A DNA stretch of 64,000 nt from the NCBI GenBank assembly GCA_000004985.1, contig GG738891.1, one strand, 5' to 3'. Made by a program: the position numbers and the translations under genes. The DNA is from Naegleria gruberi (taxonomy: Eukaryota). Of the stretch, positions 36,206 through 46,468 are shown one piece after another. The stretch's first letter is position 1. Every line of letters starts with the position of its first letter. The notes under the pieces were generated by a model. That model ran no database searches, was not told the origin of the DNA, and was given only the letters and a program-made list of their open reading frames with translations.

Positions 36206-37149
36206 TTAATGTAAAATTGAAATGAGTAACATCATGACACTAATCAACATTGCATTCCAAATTTGTTGAACTGCAAAACTGACAGCTGGTATTTGAGTAA
36301 AGGTTCCAAAATTTTGCACATCTCCAAACATTTTAATATAACATCCACTACAGTTGGCCTTATGTTGACCTAACCATCTAGTAGTATCAAAGAAATCACC
36401 AAAAAAGGCATGTGCAGTATTATTCAAAATCATGTCCCATCCTTCATCATATCCTGGAATTTTAACAATTCTTGCATTCTTAAAATTGGCTAATAACCAA
36501 GCTTCATAGGTTGTACCTGTTGGAACAACTACAGTATACTTGGTAGTGTCTAATTGCGACACATCAGTAATCGTTGTATCATTTTGATAGGTATTTCTCA
36601 AGAAACTCTTTGAACCCATTCCATATGGACCTTAATTATCGTTGTAAATTGAAAAAATCATAATTCACTAAACTTACATTGGAAATGAACAACTTTAGCT
36701 CTGTCAGCGTTATGATTAGTGGCAGCAATAGCAACATCACATTCTCCACTTTGAACTCTTTCATTCAATGATGAGAAATATCCTGTAGATGTATCATAGG
36801 TAGTAATCACATAGGTCAGATTTAACTTGTATTGTTCATTCAAAGTACTAGTCAACATCTTTGAGGCTGACAAGTGATAGGTCACCCAAGGTTCTCCTGC
36901 CTCCTTGTCATAACAATAATTGATAACAGATTTGTTAAAAGCAAAGTAAGATGGAAAGGTTGGCTCACTTGAACAGTCTGGCAATAAAGTTGGGAGAAAG
37001 GCCTTTGCTAATGTGTTTGCCCACTCTGTAGTTCTAATATATTTGAAAGTTGCTGCGTCAATGGCTTGGACAAAGAGAGGATCCGCTAAACCGTGGACTG
37101 TGTATGTGGAAAGAAAGAGAATGAGAAAGATGACTGAGATTAGTTTCAT
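36206..37149 (-). CDS. Secreted, probably GPI-anchored, bacterial-type solute-binding protein family 3 (amino-acid-binding / iGluR-LBD-like). Two exons
   Basis: Exon 1 spans 37149..36678 and carries a signal peptide MKLISVIFLILFLSTYTVHG. It ends ...SGECDVAIAATNHNADRAKVVHFQ, the SBP_bac_3 hinge motif G-x-x-D-x-A-I-A-x-x-T-x-x-x-x-R-x-K-V-x-x-F. A 47-nt intron (about 36677..36631) runs from GTAAGT to AG and joins phase 1 in frame. Exon 2 spans about 36630..36206 and reads CPYGMGSKSFL...VVVPTGTTYEAWLLANFKNARIVKIPGYDEGWDMILNNTAHAFFGDFFDT... It ends in a hydrophobic tail (NAMLISVMMLLISILH) typical of a GPI signal. Track ORFs 36658..37149 and 36206..36619 are the two exons. Confidence 0.65.
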
Positions 37150-37564
37150 TTTTTTGAAGTGTTAAAAGGTAGCAAAATGATAATGTAAGGATCATGATAG
37201 CCACATGCGAAGTGTCACTATCTTGTGTAGGTTCTTACCAAATCCTTTTGAAAGTTATTTGTAAATCTATGAAAGGTGACACAAATTTGGTATTTAACCC
37301 TCAAAAGATCATAACATCCCTTTATCTTTTATATCCACCAGTCAATTAGGTCTCAACCAATTTATATTTCACATGCCAAATAATTAATAAATAGTAAATT
37401 TGGTTATTAAAGAATGTGCACTATCCATTGTTACTATCGTTACTCGACAAATTCAAAGAGGATAGTGCAGTTACCAATTTACAATAACTCTAAAAATTGT
37501 AATTGTTTTTGATATTTTGAAATTATAATTTCAACAATATAATTGAATTGAAAGTGAAATGATT

Positions 37565-38530
37565 TTATATCTTTGCAATGCAATCCATAACTTCTCTATC
37601 ATTAAAACATTGCACAAAATGTTGATTTTGAGCATTATTGAGATTTCCTCTTCCCATTTTCTTCAAACATGAATTCATGGCCTTGGCACACAATAATGAT
37701 GATTGACAATGTTCGTATTTGTATGTTTTTACCATTTCCTTAAATGTATCCTTTGTTATATTTACATTATTTGGTTCAATTGTTGCTTGAGCTTGATATT
37801 TGAGACATGGATTTAATTTATCTTCCAAAATTTTCTTCTTTTCCTCTTCAGATTCAGCAGCATTTGCCGAGTTAGCTGCCAATGTATTGAATTTACCCTT
37901 CCAATCACTATTTTCCAAGTAATATAATAATAAATTTAATTATATTTAAATAATTAATATTAAATAAAAATTAAATAATTAAATAATTAAATAAACAACA
38001 AATAGATCCAACACAAACCTTGGTAAATTATCAAAGAGTTTTCCACTAGTAGCATTCTTAATCTTTTCTTCAATAATATGTCTAACAACTCTAGTTTGCA
38101 TACATTCAGCATTCTTATTATTTACTCTATTATATAATTCCGTTTCTTCTTCAGTTTTCTTTTTCAAATCAGCTTCAGCTTGCTTATCAACAGGAGCTCT
38201 TCTCTTACCAGAGGCTTGCATACCAGCAGCCAATGCTCTTGCTTGTTTTTGTTGGAGCATATCATGAACAGCATCAAATTCCGTATAACAAGGCTCATTA
38301 GCAACTTGTCTCTTTTCCGAAGCTGTATACATATCAAATCTATTAAAATACTTGTTCAAACAACTAAAATAATATCCTGTTTTAAATAATTTAGCTGAAA
38401 ATTCCATATTTTGAGCACTGAGAGCCATTCTATAGTCGGCTAAAGGAACATAACATGGTGATGAATTAATAGTGTGGAGTTGGAACATATCTTCCAATGG
38501 TCCTTTTTCTTCTCTCTTAAACCAAGACAT
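37565..38530 (-). CDS. Hypothetical protein; two track ORFs probably joined by a 111-nt GTTTGT..AG intron
   Basis: The ORFs are 38530..37979 (MSWFKREEKGPLEDMFQLHTINSSPCYVPLADY...) and 37918..37565 (...SDWKGKFNTLAANSANAAESEEEKKK...CQSSLLCAKAMNSC...FVQCFNDREVMDCIAKI). They are only 60 nt apart on the same strand. The spacer is more than 90 percent AT and is bounded by aagGTTTGT (donor near 38018) and aaaatAG (acceptor near 37909), which join in frame (phase 2). I recognise no domain. The Cys-rich C-terminus could be a twin-Cx(n)C type. Confidence 0.4.
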
Positions 38531-38958
38531 TCCGATAATGATGATGATGAAATATTAAAAAAATTGCAAAATTGATGATGAAACTCCTTCCGAGGTGGAT
38601 GTTGAAAGTTTTTTTTCAAATTCAATTTTAAAAAAAAAATTTCCAATCAATTTTAAAAAAAATATTTCGCTCACTTGTCGCATTGATAAAGTCAATCATT
38701 TTGTTGTGTTGATCATGATTGGCTAGAGGAAGGTTGTTATTGTGTCTGAGACTTTTTCTGTTGAATTAGTAGTACAACAACAAGGAAGAATAACACCATG
38801 AATTTTAATTAATGTTGCTAATTTTAATAACAAAAGGACATGTGGAAGTAATAGTGAATGTCCATCATGATGACTTTGATTAGACTCTACTTGATATTCA
38901 TAATCATAACAACAACAATAGCTACAAGTTAATATTTATAATAACAAATAACTATTAT

Positions 38959-40275
38959 TTAAACAATATATTGCTTGTAATCTTGATTGGAGTGGAAGAA
39001 TTCATACTTTTTCAAATCATCAGCACTACAAATCTCCTTCTTCAACTCTTGAGGAGTAACTTGATGCAAAAGTGGACGGTAAACTTCACAATCTCTTCTG
39101 ATAAAGTTGTGAACTATACGAGCAGTATCTTCCTCTCTCTCCATAAAGAACAAGTGTTTAGTATTGTTGAGGAGAACGTATTGGGCCTTATCATTCTTGG
39201 AGAAGGGAGTGTGGAATTGTGGGAAACATTCATCGGATGGTACAGTAGTATCAAACATGGCCCAAATGATGAGAGTATTCTTGTTCATGGAGGCAACATG
39301 TTCAATTTCATTCTTACTATCATTCAATGGAAAGTGTCTATTATCAGCATGTTATTATTATGAAAATAGTTATTATGGTTATGGTAATAGGAACAACAAA
39401 ACTTACTTGTAGGAATTCAAAAAGCTCTTTGTGAGAACATCATGATCTTCTTGTTCCTTCATCTCGAGAGCAAACTTTAATCTCTGCTGGGTAATGTCAT
39501 TCTTCATATCAAACAAGTCGACTTCCATCTTTTGCTCATAAGTTTGAGAGGAATCAACAGCATTATACAAGAGACTTCCCAAGAATGGTAACTTGATGAG
39601 ACCAGCTCCTGTTGGTAATTTCCATACACCTCCTGCTGGTGAGAAGAGAATCAAGGCATCCACCATATCTGGATGAGTGTGTGTGAATTGAGTTGCCAAA
39701 CAACCTCCCATACTGAACCCCAACACTGTTATTTTACAATTCTTCTTTACAACAGGTTTACTCAATACATAGTCCAACAATTCTTTCAATTGTCCAACAA
39801 AGAGTTCTCTATTTTGATCATGATTTGGATTTGACGATTTTCCTCTTCCGTAGGCCTCATATCTCAATATGGCCAAATTATCATCATGGAATCCTCGTGA
39901 TGTATGTTCGGTGGTTGGATTTCTTTCCTCATTCAAACATTCCCCAACGTAATCCTTATCCATTTCCAAAATACGTTTTGACAATTGATAATAACAATAG
40001 GTATGAGCACTATGCAGAGAAATTCCTCCCAAGCAACAAACAATATTCTCAATAGGAGCTCCACTGCTACTTTCCAAATCTACAATACCCTCCAAGTGTT
40101 GCTTGCTGCTCAATACAAATGCACTTCTTCCATGAGATGAAGGTGCATAATGAATCACTTCGGGACAAACATCCTTCAATTTATGATGATATGCCTTATT
40201 ATCTACAACAATTTGTTGAAACTTTACATCATCACCTGGTGCACTAGTATCATCAGAACTTTTCAATACTACCAT
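38959..40275 (-). CDS. Alpha/beta-hydrolase fold protein (GFSMGG nucleophile elbow), two exons
   Basis: Exon 1 spans 40275..39407 and contains VLGFSMGGCLATQF (GxSxG). The intron donor GTAAGT lies at 39406. Two in-frame candidate acceptors (near 39338 or 39317) give a 69- or 90-nt intron. Exon 2 runs to the stop at 38959 and contains the Asp and His regions (IIWAMFDTTVP ... NNTKHLFFME). Confidence 0.6.
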
Positions 40276-40614
40276 ATTATCTCTCTGAATATATATTTAC
40301 ACTATGAAAATAATAACAATATGGATGATTAAGATATTGATTTTTTTTAGATTTTGAAATTAAATCTGATGCCCCTAAAGTTCATCATCAATAATTTATT
40401 TACAATTATCATGATTCAATTATTCAAGTTCCATTAAGGATGAACACCAATAAATTCAATAAATTGTAAATAAGCGTTCAAATTTCAAGAATGGAAAGTA
40501 ATAATTGTTTCTGCTTCCTCGCGCTTATTGGACGCAATAATCCATCAATAACACCGAAAAAAAAAGCAACAACATCAAACTCTTCCAAACCTTTGAGAAA
40601 ACACAATCATCATC

Positions 40615-42809
40615 ATGGATTCGCCCTTCTTTTCATCATCCCTTTCCCAGATGATATCGAAAAATGAACAATTACATCAACAACAACATTCTATGAGAAA
40701 CAACAATAACAATAATACTACTAACAGCATACTGAATAATAGTAATAATAATAATAATAATTGGAATGCTAATAATTTGATGAATCAATTTTCGGTCAAT
40801 CAAAATAGCCTTCAACAAAATCAACAACAACAGTTAGTCATTCCTTCCTTTAGTGATTTACTTTCAATGGGTAGTAATAATAATATAATGTCGAGTAGTA
40901 GTAATAACATGTTCATTAGTCAAATGTCAACAAATAATAGTAATAATAATGTAAATCTTGGCAGAAGAGCAAGTGTAGTTTCGAATAGTAGTAATACGAA
41001 TATGAATAATAACATTGGTAGTAGCAGTGCACCACAAGTACTTTCTTCTTCATCTTCTACGAATAGTAATGAAGCAACTAGCTCTTTTCAAGTTTCGAAT
41101 AATGCAACTGGAGAAGAATCATCACAGTTTCACCCAATTTCGTGTATTAACTGCAGAAAGGTACACAAAAAGTGCGATAAACAATTGCCTAGTTGTGCCA
41201 AATGTGTAGCTAAAGGAGCCACTTGTATAGTAAGTAATTAGTTCAATTGTTTCCATTCTATAAGAAATATTAGTATGAAAATCCAAAGAAAAGAGGAAAA
41301 GGGTCATTAGCTTACCCACACAAAAAGAAGAAACTTGATATTGTTCAACAAGAGGATGATGCCACGACCACTGTTATTCATCAAGAAAGTCCTTCTGCTG
41401 CAAACAAATCTCAGAGTGGATCTAGCTCAACAATTCAAAGTAATCAACTATATTCATTGAGAGTAGTGAATTTAGTGGAATTGTACTTTACTTTTATTTG
41501 TGCTGGACATCCATTCATTAGAAAGGCCAAGTTGGAGTATTTCATTAATAACTTTTTGATTTATTTTGAAAATGAGGTGAACATTGATCAGATTCATTTT
41601 GCTCCAAATGAATTCATTGAAAGCATTGGAGAATTGAAATGTATATATGCATTTTACTTGTCAGTACTGGCACTAGGTCATCAATTATTGGCAAATACAG
41701 AAACATCAGATGGAATTGCTAAACTATGTGAAGTTGAAATTGCAAAATTATCAATTGAATATTATTTGAATTTCTATTGGGCTTGCTCCACATTCCATCT
41801 CTGTATTTATTATAATGGAAGTGGCGTGCTTCAAAAAGCAAGATATTATGTTAGATTTGCTGATTTTTATTGTTTAGAATTCCCTAACATGACAGATATT
41901 ATTCAAAAAAATCTAGTCAAGAGGAAAGTCTTCTCAGTTGGGTATTATGGAGATTCTATCAATGAATTTGCAGTATTTTTCAAAAACATGCCAAATGTAT
42001 TTGAAATTACATCAAATCTCAAGTTGGAAAATATAGTTCTCCCAAATACATTAGAGTATTTACAATCAGCAAACGTTACTCCACAGAATTTCTTACTTTT
42101 CAGACAAGTGATTGATTTTTCTTTTGCAGTCACTACTCAATACAGAACAGAGCTAATGAAAAAGATGACAGATTGCCACTCCCCTCTATTTTTCACTGGA
42201 CAAATAGTTTTGAGATTAATGGTAATGAATGGCTTTAAGCTTTTATTCCTTTTAAAGGTTCCAGAGCATGCCAAACAGATGGCTGAAGAGGTGGCACTCA
42301 GAATTACCTTATTGGCAGATCATGATGTTTTCACATATGCTAATGGAGATGTTTCAATTAGTATCAAGACTGCCTCACGATTCCATTTGGATATTTGTAA
42401 AGATATTGAAGAAGGAAAGAGAACGAATAATGCAACATTGAAAACATCCAACGGAAAGGGATTGAATGTTGACTATTTTTCAATTTTGGAAAAGAATCTC
42501 AAAGCAATGAAAATTCATACCAAGAAATACGTACGTGTTCGCAATGAATGCAGTGGAATGATGAAAGAAATGGAGGAAATGTTGGAAAGACATAGACAGC
42601 GAAGAAATTTAGCAATTACTTTGGATAATCATTGCCAATCATGGATAAGTCAGGGCGATCAGTTCCCAGACCAACAAGATCCTGTTTTGTCATCTGTACT
42701 GACCTACCTCAATGAATTGAATCAACAAATGCCAAAGCAAATGACAACAACACCTCAGGAAGAATTTGATTCAGAATGGAGAGATATTTTTACTGATTCT
42801 CTTCTCTAA
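40615..42809 (+). CDS. Zn(II)2Cys6 binuclear-cluster DNA-binding protein (Gal4-type) with a long C-terminal regulatory region; two exons
   Basis: Exon 1 spans 40615..41229. It has an Asn/Ser-rich N-terminus and then CINCRKVHKKCDKQLPSCAKCVAKGATCI (C-x2-C-x6-C-x6-C-x2-C-x6-C). A 44-nt intron (41230 GTAAGT ... AG 41273) sits in phase 0. Exon 2 spans 41274..42809 and continues YENPKKRGKGSLAYPHKKKK... A basic linker after the cluster is typical of this family. Track ORFs 40615..41241 and 41457..42809 are parts of it. Confidence 0.7.
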
Positions 42810-45321
42810 TAGATTCCCAATATCTCTTTACAATGAGATACCATTTGTTTCACAACTATATCTTCAGGATTATCCCTTTTAAAAGTTTCGAATAATGTAA
42901 GAGCCTTCTCGATATCATTTTTAAAGAATAGAGAGCATGCCTCATTATAAATCTTCCATTTTTGCTTCCTTTCCTGTTCTCTCAATTCATATAACCATTC
43001 ATCTGCTGCATGTTGCGTAGAATCACCCAATTCGTATACTTTCTGTTCGAATTTCAATGTCAAATCGTTTTCCAATAATTCAGAGCTGTGTGGCAATAGA
43101 GAGCTATACTCATCAACCATCAATGATTGAATTTCAGCAATGAATCTTGTATGATATAATATCTCAACTGCTTTGTGCACTTCACTGCTAATTAGAATTT
43201 CTAAATTATAATATTTGGTCAATTGTAACATTTTTGAAAGACTCCAACGAGCATTGGTGATGAGAGTGAAATTTTTCACATCATTGGTTCCTATATTTCC
43301 ACACAGCACTTCCTGCGTAGTAACAGCTACTCTAAATCTGATATTTTCTATTAGATTCTTGAAGCTATCATTTCTAATTAACTTGTTGGAAGCCATTAAC
43401 CATTTCTTATCTCGAGTAATTTTTAGTTTTTCAATAATTGACCTGGCTGCTTGAACTCCCTTCTCCTGGTGTTTAGGGTGGTTAGCTGCTGTGTTAAAAG
43501 TGATGGAAATTGAATCATTTTCAAAATGTCCTAACAAGCCACCTTGAATTTTAGTGACACATGTCAATTGGTCGAAAATATCTGTCAATAAATGGATACT
43601 TTCTGAAGGAGGCATTTGAGATATCAGCTCTGAGAACTCATCTATCAATACACAAACAATAGTTACATGTTTCTTATCCAAATATAACGAAAATAATTGC
43701 TTTGATGTCAGCTGTCCTTTAAATAAATTAACAGTGCTTCTGATTGATGTCCTCATCGAGTCCATAAGTGAAGGATTGACAGCCACTGAGTCGTGTTCAG
43801 CGCTTACTTTCAAATCTCTTGATTTCTTCATAATTTCCATCTTTTCCACTTGATTCAACAAGTGTTGTGGAATAAACGAACGAAACAGACGAATCTGATT
43901 CGTCATTTGAACGAATTGCTTTTGTAATGTTCTCACCTCTGAGAATTTACTCGTTTTAATATCCAAACTTTCCATATCCATTCTCGAAACTGCCTGAAAT
44001 TGTTCAATTAAATTGTGGAATGGTTTTACAATTTTTACAGAAACAAAAATGGAAAGTGAAACTGCAATGCAAATTATTAAACAAGTTCCAATGATTGAAA
44101 CTATTAATCCAATTACCAAAGATCCAATAAAGTTCCATTGAGGTATTGAAAGTACAAAAATCCAATCCACTCCAGTTTCGGCACAGAATCGATTAATGTA
44201 AACGAAATCGTCCAAATGTTCGATTGTGATTGCATTGTTGCAGGGTAAACTTTTAAAGTTATTTCGAGTTTCTTCCAAAATTCTATGAGATAACTGATTA
44301 ATCTTGTCATCTTTGATTGTAAAAATAGTATTTCTCTTGACAGAGCTGTCAGAATTAATTTCTGTAATTTTTAAATCTTTTCTGTCAACTGTTACAAAAA
44401 TTTCAATAAGAAAGTTGAAAAATTAAACATACCAGCTACGAAATATTGCTTATCAGTTTCAAAAATAAAACTCCTCGATCCATCAATTGATCCAATTTTG
44501 GAAATTAAAATGTCAGAAAATCCACTGACAGTCATGTCAAATCCCAGATAATAATCAAATGAATTATCCTTCGATTTGTTAAAGGAATAGCAATATAACA
44601 AGGTAAAGAACGTGTCAATGTTTGGCGTTGTGACATCTACATAACTTCTCGAAAAAACTAATTGATTTGGATTGGCATTACAGCTGTCAGTTAAATCTGA
44701 CAGATCGACAGCAGGTATTACACTTGTAGGTTGATTATCCAATCTCCTTTTACAATACGGATATTTTTCCAAATCAGAATCACATTCATAAAAATACTGA
44801 GCTACCAATGACATGTTTAACCAATTGACTGACGTGCCAGAATAGAAAATTCCCAAAGCATTTCCACTAGGCTCTCCTATATACACCGTAACCACAAATT
44901 CCTTTCTCATTTTCCATTCAGATAAGAATGATTGATAAGTGACTTGTTCGATTTGTTTCGAATTTTGAAAATCTAATAAATATAACAATTGTCCTTTCAT
45001 TACATCCAAGGAAATCGTTGCTTCGACCACTGACTTGGTAACAGACGAAACTATATCAGAAAATTGAGCTTCCCTTTGACCAATCGTTCCTTTGATGGCA
45101 TTCGGAAGTAAAGAACTCATCCAGACAAGTGACAGGACGAGAATACTTGATATAACGAGCAGGGAAAGTAGTAGAATGATACAAAATTTGATAGAGCTAA
45201 AGAATTGGTAGGGTTCATGATTAGTTTCTTGAGTTTCGAATAATGATGAAGGAATATTTTGAGTTTCTTGAGTTTCTTGAGTTTCGGAAAGATTAGGTGT
45301 TATTTGATTAATCTTGACCAT
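42806..45321 (-). CDS. Receptor-type class III nucleotidyl (adenylyl/guanylyl) cyclase homology-domain protein: TM1, extracellular domain, TM2, cyclase domain
   Basis: Exon 1 spans 45321..44433. It encodes an N-terminal cytoplasmic stretch with ETQ repeats, a TM helix FCIILLLSLLVISSILVLSLVWM and an ectodomain of about 250 aa. A 44-nt intron (GTATGT near 44432 to AG near 44389) is in phase 1. Exon 2 runs to the stop at 42806. It encodes a second TM helix (FIGSLVIGLIVSIIGTCLIICIAVSLSIFV) and a cyclase homology domain: VTIVCVLIDEFSEL ... RFRVAVTTQEVLCGNIGTNDVKNFTLITNARWSLSKMLQLTKYYNLEILISSEV. Confidence 0.65.
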
Positions 45322-45565
45322 TTTTTTTGAGATGAGATTTATTGATAGATTTAAAATGTTGAATGATTAGTTTTATGATTTCTTGTCAGCACCTTTCAAA
45401 TTTCCATTTTCAGATTAAGCGAAAAATCAGTTAGATTCGAATAACAATTAGTATTTACATTGTAGTTTATACAAAGAGTTCATATAAAGGAAGTTTTCAA
45501 TTCTTGCAATTTTTTACAATTTTTGTAAACAATTTTTCAATAAAATTTTTTAATTATTTCACAAA

Positions 45566-46329
45566 TTAATGACGTCCAACAATACACTCAGCAATTGCTT
45601 CTGTCAATTCTGCAATATCTTCAGGTGCTCTACCAGAAAAAATAAACAAATCAGATCTGACAACTGTTGAATCTCTGTATTCAGCTCCAGCATTTTCCAA
45701 ATCTTGACGTATGGCAGGTGCTCCTGTCACTTTCTTTCCCTTAATCAATCCAGCATTGATCAATAATGAAGAAGACATGTCAATTGTGCCAATCATGTTT
45801 CCATAATTGTATGTTTTTTGAATTAGAGAAATAGCATCGCTGTCAGTTCTCATTGTGGCAGTTGACCAAGCTCCTCCTGCAATAAATAAGGCATCATATT
45901 GCAAAAGGTATGCTTCCTTGAATGTCTTGTTGATAGAAACAACTCTGTTTGCACGAACATATTGACATGAAACTATTTTTCTGTCAACTGTCCAACTTGG
46001 TCCAACAATGTCGACAGTTGCACCTCTGCTTGTCAAATAAATGTATGGGAATGTTAAATCTACCTCTTCAAAACAATGTGATGCCATAATTGCAACACGT
46101 GCTCCTTGAAGAATTGTTGGAAAATGCACAATTGGCTAATTTGACGTGTTAGATTAATGACAGATGTGTTAAAACTTACTTGTGAAATATTGTAAGCAAC
46201 TCCTCTGAGTCCTAACTTATCTTCTTCATCAAGAGAACTAATCAGAGGGAAAATATTGTTAATATTCTGAGCAGAAATGCATACTGTCAAGAATAGGAAC
46301 GCAACAATGATAAAAGTGAGTTTTGACAT
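45566..46329 (-). CDS. Secreted DJ-1/PfpI-family (class I glutamine-amidotransferase-like fold) protein, two exons
   Basis: Exon 1 spans 46329..46180 and carries the signal peptide MSKLTFIIVAFLFLTVCISAQ. A 44-nt intron (GTAAGT 46179 ... AG 46136) is in phase 0. Exon 2 spans 46135..45566: PIVHFPTILQGARVAIMASHCFEEVDLTFPYIYLTSRGATVDIVGP...DALFIAGGAWS...MIGTIDMSSSLLI... This aligns with the DJ-1 core, but the nucleophile-elbow position reads Asp (IGTIDMS), not Cys. Confidence 0.55.
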
Positions 46330-46468
46330 TTTTTTTCAAGTAGAAATTTGCAAAGGTTGACAGGAAGAATCCAATTTGTTGTTGTGGAGGATACTGGTCC
46401 ATCCTTTAACTGTTACTTGAAGGTTGGAAAATATTTCCTATTTTGTAAACTGTAATCCTACCTTAAGA

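Noticed and set aside
38180-40332. Track ORFs antisense to or overlapping real genes (38180..38389 +, 38440..38646 -, 38971..39363 +, 39164..39412 +, 39825..40055 +, 40150..40332 +)
   Set aside because: They lie opposite or across the hydrolase gene and the 37979..38530 gene, have no domain signal, and are low-complexity. They are chance ORFs in AT-rich DNA.
41015-41319. ORFs 41015..41209 + and 41122..41319 -, overlapping the Zn2Cys6 exon 1 / intron
   Set aside because: They are alternative-frame or antisense readings. The region is explained by the Zn2Cys6 exon 1, the 44-nt intron and exon 2.
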